DNA from: a virus
Taxonomy: Duplodnaviria > Heunggongvirae > Uroviricota > Caudoviricetes
Length of the DNA stretch: 64,000 nucleotides
Strand: one strand, 5' to 3'
IMG/VR virus record: IMGVR_UViG_3300047564_003701
Coordinates: 11,687 to 75,686 of that record
Position 1 is the stretch's first letter; each line of letters begins with the position of its first letter. This document shows, piece after piece, positions 1 to 9,750 of this stretch. Both the position numbers and the translations under genes were made by a program. The notes under the pieces are model-generated. The model was not told the DNA's origin, did no database searches, and was given only the letters and a program-made list of their open reading frames with translations.

Positions 1-239
1 TCGTTGATTATGTCTGCGTATTGTCCTCTAGGAAAAGGCCATTGTCCATATTTTTCAAGAGCAGCTTCATCTATGTTAACGATATGAACAGGAACTTCTT
101 TTTTAGGTTCGCTGACGATCAATTGATCAAAATATCTTAATCTTACACTTTCAACAAATGCAGGATCAAATAATCTTATTAATACCACTACAGTTAAAGT
201 AACTAGAGCAGTCCAGGGGTTTAAAAACAATTTCTTCAT
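1..239 (-). CDS. N-terminal fragment of a membrane-anchored CHASE2-like sensor domain protein (continues beyond the window start)
   Basis: ATG at 239..237 on the minus strand. The frame MKKLFLNPWTALVTLTVVVLIRLFDPAF...VHIVNIDEAALEKYGQWPFPRGQYADIIN stays open to position 1. It has a hydrophobic N-terminus and a 'IDE.SL...G.WP.PR' stretch typical of CHASE2. It is absent from the ORF track because it has no in-window stop. Confidence 0.4.
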   Translation of the reverse strand, partial: MKKLFLNPWTALVTLTVVVLIRLFDPAFVESVRLRYFDQLIVSEPKKEVPVHIVNIDEAALEKYGQWPFPRGQYADIIN

Positions 240-373
240 AGTAATATATTTACCGTGGAAATACTAAATAATCTTGGGGAGTAACTAGCCTGCAAAGGCT
301 CTATATGTCGTCAGCACGGTGTAAAAACCCGGTATATAGACAAAGATGTGAGACCATAACTTTAAGGTAAATT

Positions 374-1075
374 ATGGAACTCTTCACACTTCAAGCCCTA
401 TGGGCATTTCTCGCTATCGTTTTGATAGACATCGTACTAGCCGGGGATAACGCATTGGTTATCGGAATGGCTGCAAACAAACTACCGCCTGAACTACGTA
501 AGAAAGCAATCTTCTGGGGAACCTTTGGTGCTATCGCTATTCGCTTTTTATCAGTGGCAGCACTGACCTACCTACTATTAATTCCAGGACTTCGAGCCAT
601 CGGTGCTGCGGCGCTGATATGGATTGGTTGGAAACTGGCATTTAACAATGAAGAACATAACGTAGAGGCCAAAGACACCTTCTGGGGTGCGATTGGTACT
701 ATCGTAGTTGCTGATGCTGTTATGGGCATAGATAACGCACTAGGTATTGCTGCTGCGGCAAATGGCAGTTTTATTTTAGTGATTGCTGGATTACTAATCA
801 GTGTGCCAATTATCTTGTTTGGTGCAGGACTGGTTAGTAAGATACTAGAAAAATATCCTGACACAGTTTTTATAGGATCGTTTGTATTGTTTGCTGTGGC
901 AATGTTAATGCTGATGAAAGAACCTCTAATGGCAGCATGGTGGGCAGGATTGGTACCTTGGGCCGCTGCAATTGTACCTTGGGCAGTTGCGTTAGTTATT
1001 ACTGCTGTTCAATACAACAAAGCTCGATTACATCTACACAAGAAGTTCTTGTTTAAACAGGATCACCAAGCATAA
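374..1075 (+). CDS. TerC-family integral membrane protein
   Basis: Multi-pass membrane protein with duplicated GDNAL/IDNALGIA motifs characteristic of the TerC/YjbE family. Confidence 0.65.
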   Translation: MELFTLQALWAFLAIVLIDIVLAGDNALVIGMAANKLPPELRKKAIFWGTFGAIAIRFLSVAALTYLLLIPGLRAIGAAALIWIGWKLAFNNEEHNVEAKDTFWGAIGTIVVADAVMGIDNALGIAAAANGSFILVIAGLLISVPIILFGAGLVSKILEKYPDTVFIGSFVLFAVAMLMLMKEPLMAAWWAGLVPWAAAIVPWAVALVITAVQYNKARLHLHKKFLFKQDHQA

Positions 1076-1352
1076 GTGTAGACTCGTCGCCGACGCCGAT
1101 AATGCAAGCGATTTCCGAAGTCATTTGTAATAGTGTCCAGTTTTTTGTTTTAGAGTTAACAAATAGTGCGAATTTTGTATCGTCTATAGGATTCTTCGCA
1201 GCCCAAATAGGCTTTTCATTATAGTTCTCTATCAAGCTTCTGATCAGTGTCTGTACATTATCGCAGAGCACGGGTTTACGACTTTCAAACGGTTCGGCGT
1301 TGGCTACGCTGTATAAGCAGAATAGGAACGCCACGATTACTGTACGCATCAT
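1053..1352 (-). CDS. small secreted protein, last gene of the curli-like operon
   Basis: N-terminal signal peptide (MMRTVIVAFLFCLYSVANA) and same strand as the csg-like genes. No recognisable domain. Confidence 0.4.
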   Translation of the reverse strand: MMRTVIVAFLFCLYSVANAEPFESRKPVLCDNVQTLIRSLIENYNEKPIWAAKNPIDDTKFALFVNSKTKNWTLLQMTSEIACIIGVGDESTLMLGDPV

Positions 1353-1374
1353 GGCATACTCCTTAAAACAGTAT

Positions 1375-3309
1375 TTATTGCCCTTGTGTTACAGTAATGG
1401 CTGCACAACTGGCCTGAGCACAGTTATGTGTTATAGAGTAAAACTGTTGAGTGCCGCCTGTTTGCGTAGCGGTAATTGAAGTAGCCCCACCGGTCAATGT
1501 AATATTAGCCATATGACCTACAGAGCCAGTCTGTGTAATGTCAACAGTCTTGGTACCGCCGCTGAGAGAAATTTCAGAATAATGATTTCCAGTACCACTT
1601 TGATTTACGGTTAAACTATTTGATGCATTATTCACTGTAGCTAATATACCTTTAGCACCACCGGTTCCGGATTGAGTTAAATTTGTAGTATTGCCATTTC
1701 CAGAAATAGTTAATTCTATATAATTAGTAGTGGTAGCCCCGGATGAAGATTGTGTTATAGTAGTTGTATTATTTGATCCTGTAAGATCAATTTCTGCATA
1801 ATTTTTATTGCCTGTCTGTTGAACTGTGGCAACATTATAGCTTCCTATCTGTTCTACAATAACTCTATTTCCGTTTTGCTGTGACCATATATTGGCTCTA
1901 TTGGCAAATCCTGTATTGGCAGCAAACGCATCTGTAGAGCAAGTTGAACTATTAGGACACGCTGGCGCAGTTGATCCTCCTGTAGTAGGAGCACTCGATC
2001 CAGCGTTAGGTGCGATAGGTCCAAAGGTTTGTCCGTTAAGGGTAGTAGAACCTTGTAAATCGTCGACTAACAAAATAGGACTCAATGCTGTGTCTCCAAG
2101 ATTAAAACTTGAGAATCCTAATATGTAATCTCCGCTTACTGGAACAGTAATGGTCGCTAACTGCCAACCTGTTGATCCATAACTGTCTGTGGCATAGTTT
2201 CCTGTTCCGGGATTGGTAAATCCTAATAATGCATATCTCTTAGTTTCGTTGTTTAACACAGGTATTTTTGTCGGGTCACTAGAATGAATTAAAGTCATAA
2301 TACTTCCATCATTAAATGGTGTATAGTCCGTACTCATATATTGCCAAGCGATGACATATGTTTTACCTGATTCAAGTGCAACAGTTCGTTTAGCCCACGA
2401 AGCATTAGTAGGTGAGCTGTTGCCTCCTAATCCAGTAAGATAATTTCTAATGTTAGTTATTTCTGTTGTAGTTAATCCTAATGAGGTCATAGCAGGATCA
2501 AAATTAGGACTGTCACCACCGGCTTGAATGACCATCATATACGTTCCGTATGGCGTAACTGACCAAGACTTGCCGCCGCCAGGTTGATAATTTGTCATTC
2601 CTTTTGATGTATTAACACCGTCGCCGTTATCGCTCCAGCCTGAGGTTTTTTCTGTGCCTGTACCGTTACTGATAGTCCAGTTAGCAGTAGTTCCTGATTC
2701 AAAACCTAAATTAGGGTTGTTGGTGTTAGGACTTACAGGTCCGCTGGAAGATGTCGGTGTTGATGTTTGAGAACTTGGTGTAACGGTAGCAGTTTGACCT
2801 GAACTCAAAGGAACTGTAGAGTAAGTTGCATCGGCATAGGTGTTGGCCTGAGCGATTGTAGGGTTAAGGGTACCAGTCCAAGACACACCCGATGTTCCAC
2901 TCATACCACTACTACCGCTAAACAGTTGTCCTGTGTTATTGTCACTGCCTACAAAGAAAAAATAGTCAGGACCCATATTAACGATCTTACCGTTACCTAG
3001 TGTAGATTTAACATTGCCTGCGCTGTCATATTGTTTTGCTGTATAAGGATACGAACTGTTTCCACTCAATTCAAACTTTACATAGTCACCAGAAGCCCAT
3101 TGCACTTGACCTGAAGTCCAGGGTATCTTGTAGGCCGTACCTGGCTGTTTGCTATAAATTTGGCAGGTGGTAGTATTCAGACACGAGTTAACATTCCATT
3201 GACTGTCTGCAATTTGATATTGTCCAAATTTGATATCAGTTAGGTCTGCGCGAACTGTCGTAGACAAAAAAATTAAAATAAGAAATAAAAGTTTTTTTAT
3301 CTGTTCCAT
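1375..3309 (-). CDS. large secreted Ser/Thr/Asn/Gly-rich protein with C-terminal curlin-like repeats
   Basis: Signal peptide (MEQIKKLLFLILIFLSTTVRA). The C-terminal ~170 aa is tandem ~22-aa repeats of the form N.TTITQSG.GN / SLTVNQSGTGN / VDITQTGS.GH, matching the curlin repeat pattern (S-x5-Q-x-G-x-x-N). There is a central lectin-like Gly/Trp-rich region. Confidence 0.6.
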   Translation of the reverse strand: MEQIKKLLFLILIFLSTTVRADLTDIKFGQYQIADSQWNVNSCLNTTTCQIYSKQPGTAYKIPWTSGQVQWASGDYVKFELSGNSSYPYTAKQYDSAGNVKSTLGNGKIVNMGPDYFFFVGSDNNTGQLFSGSSGMSGTSGVSWTGTLNPTIAQANTYADATYSTVPLSSGQTATVTPSSQTSTPTSSSGPVSPNTNNPNLGFESGTTANWTISNGTGTEKTSGWSDNGDGVNTSKGMTNYQPGGGKSWSVTPYGTYMMVIQAGGDSPNFDPAMTSLGLTTTEITNIRNYLTGLGGNSSPTNASWAKRTVALESGKTYVIAWQYMSTDYTPFNDGSIMTLIHSSDPTKIPVLNNETKRYALLGFTNPGTGNYATDSYGSTGWQLATITVPVSGDYILGFSSFNLGDTALSPILLVDDLQGSTTLNGQTFGPIAPNAGSSAPTTGGSTAPACPNSSTCSTDAFAANTGFANRANIWSQQNGNRVIVEQIGSYNVATVQQTGNKNYAEIDLTGSNNTTTITQSSSGATTTNYIELTISGNGNTTNLTQSGTGGAKGILATVNNASNSLTVNQSGTGNHYSEISLSGGTKTVDITQTGSVGHMANITLTGGATSITATQTGGTQQFYSITHNCAQASCAAITVTQGQ

Positions 3310-4397
3310 TGTCTTACCGTCACTACGTTACCATTAGCACCGCTACCGACTTGACGTTGACTAACGTCAACATTGTTGACTGAAATGTTATAGGTAGTTG
3401 TGTCAGTAGTTTCTAATGATCTAATGTGTATCACATTACCTCTTAAAGGATCAACGTGTTCGTACCAATTATATCCTTTTTCATTTCCGCAACTGGTAAA
3501 TGGCCAACAAGGATTGCCTGCTGTCTGTTCAGTAGACCCAACCTTTGTTGTTCCTATTTCCCCAGATAGTGCTCTTTGTATATTCCTGTCCGAATTGCCT
3601 TCTCTATCTTTTCGTGCCACTTCGTCATTGTTATCTCTCGCTGCTTTTCTTTCGTCATCGTTAGCACGACTCCTATCTTTTCGTTCTTCTTTCTTTTGAT
3701 CTCTTTCGGCAACAGCTTTAACTACCTGCTCGGGTTTCTTTAATGATCCTTCACCGTAGGCATTCATCACGCTAGGATCAACTTGAACAGGGGGCAAAGG
3801 AGATTCTTGATGACTAACAGCATAGGTAGCTAAAAATGGACTATCCATACTGACTTTTCCTGCAGTAGTAGTTACATCTATAGCACCACATACACAGTTT
3901 CCTGGTAATTCCACCCGTTGTGCATCACGATCGTCTTTACAACTAGGTAATAGTACTACAGTGCTTCTACCAAGTTCGTCTACGGTCATGGCAAAGTCTG
4001 TTCCTCTCACAGCTATGGCGGCTGTTGGAGTTTTTATATTAACGTTCTGAGCAGAATTTTTAGCTATAGCACCCGAAGCCATTCGGACTGTCCCTAACGC
4101 CACTTTCATAGAACTCTTAGAAGCTCCGCCTTTAGGATCATAGACAAAGTCATCTATAATAAGTTTACTGTTTTCAGTTATTTTTGCTGTGCTGTTATCT
4201 GAAAAAGTGATCGTGAGTTTTGTATTTGATCCGACACTGACAGTGTCATTTGATTCTATCACAGAATCTTTCGATGCTTTGATAGATTTACTACCTCTTT
4301 TAATTTCAACGGCTGTGCCCTGGAGCTCAGTTATTTTGCCTATGTTGGCTTGAGCCCCAGATGCAATCAATAATAGAACCAGCCATAAATGTTTCAT
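3297..4397 (-). CDS. secreted FecR-domain protein with highly charged linker and C-terminal curlin-like repeat
   Basis: Signal peptide. 'ITFSDNSTAKITENSKLII...IAVRGTDFAMTV...VVLL' fits the FecR fold signature. KE/RD-rich segment. The C-terminus 'VDVSQRQVGSGANGNVVTVRQWN' resembles a curlin R repeat. Confidence 0.5.
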   Translation of the reverse strand: MKHLWLVLLLIASGAQANIGKITELQGTAVEIKRGSKSIKASKDSVIESNDTVSVGSNTKLTITFSDNSTAKITENSKLIIDDFVYDPKGGASKSSMKVALGTVRMASGAIAKNSAQNVNIKTPTAAIAVRGTDFAMTVDELGRSTVVLLPSCKDDRDAQRVELPGNCVCGAIDVTTTAGKVSMDSPFLATYAVSHQESPLPPVQVDPSVMNAYGEGSLKKPEQVVKAVAERDQKKEERKDRSRANDDERKAARDNNDEVARKDREGNSDRNIQRALSGEIGTTKVGSTEQTAGNPCWPFTSCGNEKGYNWYEHVDPLRGNVIHIRSLETTDTTTYNISVNNVDVSQRQVGSGANGNVVTVRQWNR

Positions 4398-5080
4398 TAG
4401 TTTCCTGTGGTTACAGTTACAGCATTGCTGTTACCAGTTGTGACTATGTTTACTGTTGTATTAACTGATCCGCTCTGTGTCACAGAATGTGTGTTAGAAG
4501 TTCCAGTTACAGCAGCCATTAATGAATGTCCTAGACCTGCACTGGCTCCTGCCATAGAGCTAGTGAATGTATTGCTGTCTCCTAGGATAGTGATACTGCT
4601 GGTAGAATTATTTGTTAATATAGACTGTGTAACAGTATTGTTATCTCCAGTAATACTCAACGTATTTGCAATGCTACTTCCTTTTATTGTGCTAGTAACA
4701 GTATTGCTGTCTCCAGCGATTGTCATAGTGCTAGTTACGTTGGTACAGGCTGTGGTACCATCGCCACAGGTAAAGGTTATTTGATTAGTATCACCTGTGA
4801 CAGTTTTTGTAATCGTATTACCATTACCTACTACAGTATAATCTATGATGTTGCCATCGCCAGTTTGACTGGCTGTTAATGTGTTTGTGCTTCCGGTTAT
4901 TTTACTTTGGTTATTAAGACCGCTGTTTCCTACTCGGTTGGTGCTGCCTACCTGAGTAATTGTTACAGTGTTAGAACTACCTGCTTGTTCTATATAAACT
5001 GTGTTGTTAGCGTATGCTCCTGAACCCCAAAACATAGCCGCCATAATGAAGGCCATTTTACCATAATTATTTTTAATCAT
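4397..5080 (-). CDS. csgA: curlin (CsgA/CsgB-like) amyloid subunit
   Basis: Signal peptide followed by at least 8 imperfect repeats (SNTVTITQVGSTN, TNTLTASQTGDGN, GNTITKTVTGDTN, SNTHSVTQSGSVN ...) with the S/N-x-T-x-T-x-Q-x-G-x-x-N curlin periodicity. Lies immediately downstream of csgG. Confidence 0.6.
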   Translation of the reverse strand: MIKNNYGKMAFIMAAMFWGSGAYANNTVYIEQAGSSNTVTITQVGSTNRVGNSGLNNQSKITGSTNTLTASQTGDGNIIDYTVVGNGNTITKTVTGDTNQITFTCGDGTTACTNVTSTMTIAGDSNTVTSTIKGSSIANTLSITGDNNTVTQSILTNNSTSSITILGDSNTFTSSMAGASAGLGHSLMAAVTGTSNTHSVTQSGSVNTTVNIVTTGNSNAVTVTTGN

Positions 5081-5154
5081 TTTTCGCTCCTTGGTACTGT
5101 TATTGTTATTATTGTACCTTATTTTTTAAAGAATCCAACCCTATTTGGTTCTTT

Positions 5155-6072
5155 TTATTTTGTTTTAACTGATTCTCCTCCAGTATTTTTTCCGTCATCG
5201 GACTTAGGTACTGGGGGTGTCGCTTCGGATTCGATTTTGGATGTGGTGTTTTTTTGAACCAACTCATCTTTTTTCTCCTCTGATTTATAAGACCAATGGC
5301 CTTTCTTTTCTCCCTCACGAATCAATTCTATCACTGCTGCATGAATCGCTAATTGAATAGCCTTATTCATTGATTCGTTCGTGGCAGATCCTGTTTCTAA
5401 TTCTAATGCTTTAGTGCCTGCTTCATAAAATCTTAAAACACCAGCCTTGTCTTGGAAACTGTAAACACTCTTAGAAATATTAACTACAGTTAGTACTTCA
5501 CCGGTAGATACTGATACTGCTCTAAGACTAATTGTAACTTCGTCTTGTCTGTATTCTGTGCTAGCCCCAATGCCTAATAATCTAGCTCCGGAACCACCAC
5601 TCATTGTGTTACTATCATAGCCTATGATACCACCTTCGAGTATCATTCCAGCGAACAACATAGGTGGTAAAGGTTGTGCTTTATCACCTTGATACAGTTC
5701 TCTCATCTGACGTATTAGTTGTCTTTCTTTGATAAGATTATCTAATCCGCCTCTTTCGAGAACTTTAAACCATTTACCGCTGCCTACTTCCTGTAGACTT
5801 TTCACAAGGTATGCATCTGCTCCTTGAGTCACAGCAGAGCTTAGACTTGCGATATTTTGACTAGCCTTACGTTGGCCAGTCATATCTCTAAAATTATAGA
5901 CTGCTACAGGTATAGATCCGCTTTGAGGTTCTTTTAGATTTGATTCAGCTTTAAGAGCTGGTTTTGTTACTTTGGGATCATCGAAGCTACGAACAGCATT
6001 ACCTACTGTTCCGCAACCTGCTAAAAATAATGCCAAAGCCAGGGGTGTTAATTTAATTAAGGTGCTAGCCAT
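5155..6072 (-). CDS. csgG: curli secretion channel lipoprotein CsgG
   Basis: Lipobox LAGCGT. Long collinear similarity to E. coli CsgG (VAVYNFRDMTGQ..., IKERQLIRQ..., MILEGGIIGYDSNTMSGGSGARLLGIGASTEYRQDEVTISLRAVSVSTGEVL). Has an extra K/E/S/P-rich C-terminal tail. Confidence 0.8.
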   Translation of the reverse strand: MASTLIKLTPLALALFLAGCGTVGNAVRSFDDPKVTKPALKAESNLKEPQSGSIPVAVYNFRDMTGQRKASQNIASLSSAVTQGADAYLVKSLQEVGSGKWFKVLERGGLDNLIKERQLIRQMRELYQGDKAQPLPPMLFAGMILEGGIIGYDSNTMSGGSGARLLGIGASTEYRQDEVTISLRAVSVSTGEVLTVVNISKSVYSFQDKAGVLRFYEAGTKALELETGSATNESMNKAIQLAIHAAVIELIREGEKKGHWSYKSEEKKDELVQKNTTSKIESEATPPVPKSDDGKNTGGESVKTK

Positions 6073-6515
6073 CCGAAATCTCCAATTGGTACTGTCATTG
6101 TTGTTACATTTCCGTTTTCATCTCTTATGGTAATCTCTATCAGACTACCTGCCTTGGTGTAGGTAATTGTACCACCGTTGAACGCAAATGTTCCGGATGC
6201 TTGGGTGCCTTGCCCCTCAAATAATTTTTCAGTGATTTGTCTTGCTAATTCGTTATAAACACGACTTTCTAAGTTTGCAACGAATTTGGCCATAGTCGTA
6301 TTTTTAGCATCTTGTTCTGCTTTTAAAGCATCTGCTTTTTTTTCTGCAGCAATAGCTAATTTACGACTGAGTTCTTGACCGTAAATGGTCAATGCATGAC
6401 TGGAATATCCTACTCCAGAAAATGATGGACTGTTGAATTGATGGACAAGTTCAGCAGACTGACTTGCCGTCGATAAGGATAAAAATATCCCTAAAGATAC
6501 TAACGTTTTCTTCAT
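6057..6515 (-). CDS. csgF: curli assembly component CsgF
   Basis: Signal peptide, then 'AELVHQFNSPSFSGVGYSS', which matches the conserved mature N-terminus of CsgF (TFQFRNPNFGG) that plugs the CsgG pore. Length of ~150 aa. Overlaps the csgG start, consistent with translational coupling. Confidence 0.65.
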   Translation of the reverse strand: MKKTLVSLGIFLSLSTASQSAELVHQFNSPSFSGVGYSSHALTIYGQELSRKLAIAAEKKADALKAEQDAKNTTMAKFVANLESRVYNELARQITEKLFEGQGTQASGTFAFNGGTITYTKAGSLIEITIRDENGNVTTMTVPIGDFGWLAP

Positions 6516-6573
6516 CGGTTCGCTCCCGGTTACTAATTATTTAGTGAACCGGCCTAGAAAATTATAGTACGAG

Positions 6574-6942
6574 TTAAACCAACAGAATATACGCAATACC
6601 TAGATAGGTAAATTGATGAGCGAATTGATCTAAACCAAATTGATTCCAGAATTGTGGTTTAGTGTTGTCTTTGCATCCGTATTTTACTTTTACAAAATCT
6701 ATTATGTAGTGTAAAATACCTTCTGAAAATGCAACAATTAAAATTGTAAAACCGGATAGAGGATGGATGAAATTAAATGCCAATAGAGCTACTAATGTAT
6801 AGGCGACATGATCACTGCTGTGACTAATTCCAACAGGATCTAACCAAACTCCTTTTTTTACGGTCTGTAAATAAGTTTGGACTTTAAAATCTGCGTACCA
6901 GTGTTTAACCTGCAGAAATAATAAAAGTAGTAGTATTTCCAT
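6574..6942 (-). CDS. hypothetical small membrane protein
   Basis: Three or four hydrophobic helices. First gene of the minus-strand block upstream of csgF. Confidence 0.4.
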   Translation of the reverse strand: MEILLLLLFLQVKHWYADFKVQTYLQTVKKGVWLDPVGISHSSDHVAYTLVALLAFNFIHPLSGFTILIVAFSEGILHYIIDFVKVKYGCKDNTKPQFWNQFGLDQFAHQFTYLGIAYILLV

Positions 6943-6967
6943 TTATGCTATTTATATAGCGTTTTTA

Positions 6968-7645
6968 CTAAATTTCAGGAAAAAGGCAGTCCTGTATGAA
7001 AATCCTTACATCTTCCTGATTTAAACCTAAACTAGCCATAACTTTAGGAGTATGTGGATTCATTTTTTGATTTTGAGCGTAATAGTTTTGCTCAAAAGTA
7101 GCATCTGCTACTTTATTATTGGTTTCTCCTACTGTTTCTACGTAATGGTTTATTAGTATATGTGCTAGACTTTCAATTTGAGATAATTCAGACTCGTCGC
7201 TGACATTTCCAGCAGCTACCATATTTGAACTAAAAATACGCTGTGCCCAATCTGGAAGATCTCGTTTTTTGATCCAATCGTATCTACTGACTTCTTCGGC
7301 GAAGTATTGATTCATAGGGTGATTACGATCTGTGGTTGGACTATAATCTATGAAACAGCCTGTGATCTTATTTTTTCCTGCGATAACATCAAAACCAAAA
7401 ATGGGCGCCGGGTTATGGATATGAGGAAATACACAACAGTGCATCATCCAGAGGCCCTTTGTGGATCGGGCATCGACTACGTCAATGTGAGCTCTACGAT
7501 AATTACCACTAGTCCATACCCTGTTTACCCAACCCGGCTGATTGAAACGTTCCATCCCTGGTTCAAATGATTCGATCCCAGATTCGTTAAATTTTTTAGT
7601 TAATAGATTCTGTATCTCTATCAGTTTCGACCATACCGCAGACAT
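6968..7645 (-). CDS. pebS: ferredoxin-dependent bilin reductase (PebS/PebA/PcyA family), phage PebS-like
   Basis: Sequence pattern of the FDBR family (WTSGNYRRAHIDVVD..., HCCVFPHIHNPAPIFGFDVIAG...). Sits one gene away from a heme oxygenase, as in cyanophage pebS-ho1 pairs. Confidence 0.65.
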   Translation of the reverse strand: MSAVWSKLIEIQNLLTKKFNESGIESFEPGMERFNQPGWVNRVWTSGNYRRAHIDVVDARSTKGLWMMHCCVFPHIHNPAPIFGFDVIAGKNKITGCFIDYSPTTDRNHPMNQYFAEEVSRYDWIKKRDLPDWAQRIFSSNMVAAGNVSDESELSQIESLAHILINHYVETVGETNNKVADATFEQNYYAQNQKMNPHTPKVMASLGLNQEDVRIFIQDCLFPEI

Positions 7646-8932
7646 TTAGTACCTATATGTTTCTAATTTATAAGGACCATCGACTTCAACATTAATGTAT
7701 GCAGCCTGATTAACAGTTAAATTGGTTAACGTGGCACCAATCTGATCTAAATGCAATCTGGCAACCTTCTCATCTAACTTTTTAGGAAGTAGATATAGTT
7801 TTCCAATTTCGTATTTGTCAGGATTATTGAATAAATCGATCTGTGCTAATGCTTGATTAGTAAAACTGTTACTCATAACATAGCTAGGGTGACCGGTGGC
7901 ACAACCTAGATTTACCAGTCTGCCTTTGGCTAGAACTATAATTCTTTTTCCGTCAGGAAAAATTACGTGATCGACCTGCGGTTTGATTTCATCCCATACG
8001 CAGTTTTTTAAACTAGCAATATCAATTTCACTGTCAAAATGTCCTATGTTGCACACAATAGAATTGTTTTTCATTCTAGACATATGATTGTAAGTTATGA
8101 CATCTATGTTTCCTGTGGCTGTGACAAAAATGTCTGCTTTGTCTGCTGCATACTCCATGGTCACTACTTTATAACCTTCCATAGCAGCCTGCAACGCACA
8201 GATAGGATCAACTTCTGTAATCCATACTTGGGCCGACAGAGCTCGGAGAGACTGTGCAGAACCTTTGCCTACATCTCCATAGCCACATACTACCGCTATC
8301 TTGCCTGCTATCATTACATCAGTGGCTCTCTTGATTGAGTCAACTAGACTTTCGCGGCAACCGTATAAGTTATCGAATTTTGATTTCGTTACACTATCGT
8401 TGACATTGATAGCTCTGAGATGCAGTGTTCCTTTAGAAATCCTCTCCAACAGTTTATGGATGCCGGTTGTGGTTTCTTCAGTTACGCCTATGATATCTTT
8501 TAATAAATCGGGATACTTGTCGTGTACAAAGGCTGTTAGATCGTGACCGTCGTCTAAAAGCATATTTGGTTTCCAGTTATTTGGTCCTGATATTGTTTGT
8601 TCTATACACCACCAATATTCTTCTTCGGTCTCGCCTTTCCAAGCGAATACTGGAATACCTTTAGAAGCCAATGCTGCCGCTGCATGATCTTGTGTTGAAA
8701 AGATATTACAACTAGACCATCTTACCTCTGCTCCTAAATCTATAAGAGTTTCTATTAGAACAGCAGTCTGCACAGTCATATGTAGACTACCTGCGATTCT
8801 TGCTCCCTTTAGAGGAAACTTATTTTTATATTCTTTTTTAATCGCCATTAATCCGGGCATTTCTGTTTCGGCGATCGCTATTTCTTTTCTTCCCCAGTCA
8901 GCTAACTGTATGTCTGCGATTTTATAATCCAT
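7646..8932 (-). CDS. ahcY: S-adenosyl-L-homocysteine hydrolase
   Basis: Full-length match to AhcY, including [30 protein letters not shown] and the NAD-binding [15 protein letters not shown]. Confidence 0.9.
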   Translation of the reverse strand: MDYKIADIQLADWGRKEIAIAETEMPGLMAIKKEYKNKFPLKGARIAGSLHMTVQTAVLIETLIDLGAEVRWSSCNIFSTQDHAAAALASKGIPVFAWKGETEEEYWWCIEQTISGPNNWKPNMLLDDGHDLTAFVHDKYPDLLKDIIGVTEETTTGIHKLLERISKGTLHLRAINVNDSVTKSKFDNLYGCRESLVDSIKRATDVMIAGKIAVVCGYGDVGKGSAQSLRALSAQVWITEVDPICALQAAMEGYKVVTMEYAADKADIFVTATGNIDVITYNHMSRMKNNSIVCNIGHFDSEIDIASLKNCVWDEIKPQVDHVIFPDGKRIIVLAKGRLVNLGCATGHPSYVMSNSFTNQALAQIDLFNNPDKYEIGKLYLLPKKLDEKVARLHLDQIGATLTNLTVNQAAYINVEVDGPYKLETYRY

Positions 8933-8933
8933 T

Positions 8934-9473
8934 TTATTCCTTATTCAAATCTTGCATAATTTTTATTGCCCATTCAAAGGCTACACGAGCTTCGTCACCT
9001 AAGTCATCTGTTAGCTCTGCACGTATCTGTTCCTTGAGTTTTTCTGGATCTTTAAACTTGTAAAAACGTCCTTGTCCAGGTACACGTTTGGCAATCATTT
9101 GGCCGCCATATAGATCTCCCATATGACGACAATAAAGATGTGCCTTGATAAGATGTTTTCTTTCTGGGTCATTGATCAGTTCTAACAGATAATTATGGTA
9201 TCCGATAGTAGACGGTAACCATTTAAAATCGTGATCTTTTCCAGCTAGTTCGATAAAATCTTGATAGATCGGCCAGGTCCTTTCAATGTCCGGGAGGCTG
9301 GCAAAATTACCTAGTATTTTGTTACCCATTTCGATAGGTTGATAAACCAAAACCATTTGCCATAGGTAGTTGGCGTAGTCCTCTTTAGATATAGATCCGC
9401 TTAAAAGTTTTTTAGCAAACTCTGTACGTTCTGCATCTGAATGTAAATCTTTAGTTATTTCTCGTAAGCTCAT
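8934..9473 (-). CDS. ho1: heme oxygenase
   Basis: [24 protein letters not shown]... and [22 protein letters not shown] align with the HO-1 proximal and distal helix motifs (LKEATKEVHTQAEN..., [20 protein letters not shown]). Confidence 0.75.
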   Translation of the reverse strand: MSLREITKDLHSDAERTEFAKKLLSGSISKEDYANYLWQMVLVYQPIEMGNKILGNFASLPDIERTWPIYQDFIELAGKDHDFKWLPSTIGYHNYLLELINDPERKHLIKAHLYCRHMGDLYGGQMIAKRVPGQGRFYKFKDPEKLKEQIRAELTDDLGDEARVAFEWAIKIMQDLNKE

Positions 9474-9483
9474 AGTGTGTTAT

Positions 9484-9750
9484 TTACACCTTAGAAATTT
9501 TCAACATTAATAATAAGAGATCTTTTTCACTATCGAATTTAATGAAAAAGGTATTGCTATTGTTTTTTTGATACTGCCATTTGATACCTAATTTTCCAAA
9601 TGACTGTTCTATTGTTCTAATGAAATTTAATCTTCCTTGTTTTCCTAGAGTAGCTGCTGGAGTTCGATAATCTTTGATAAGTGCCCAGTGACCGAATCTT
9701 TTTGACCCTACATTCTGATAAGAAATTATTTTATAATTTTCCTGGATCAT
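9484..9750 (-). CDS. hypothetical protein
   Basis: ORF with a 4-nt ATGA overlap to the clpS start. No recognisable domain. Confidence 0.35.
   Translation of the reverse strand: MIQENYKIISYQNVGSKRFGHWALIKDYRTPAATLGKQGRLNFIRTIEQSFGKLGIKWQYQKNNSNTFFIKFDSEKDLLLLMLKISKV

Noticed and set aside
1892-2128. 78-aa plus-strand ORF inside the 644-aa curlin-repeat gene
   Set aside because: Antisense shadow ORF with no SD.
5109-5318. 69-aa basic ORF on the minus strand overlapping the csgG 3' end
   Set aside because: Different frame inside the CsgG C-terminal tail coding region. Lys/Arg-rich low complexity typical of a spurious frame in AT-rich DNA.
8039-8546. Plus-strand ORFs 8039..8338 and 8301..8546
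   Set aside because: Antisense within ahcY.
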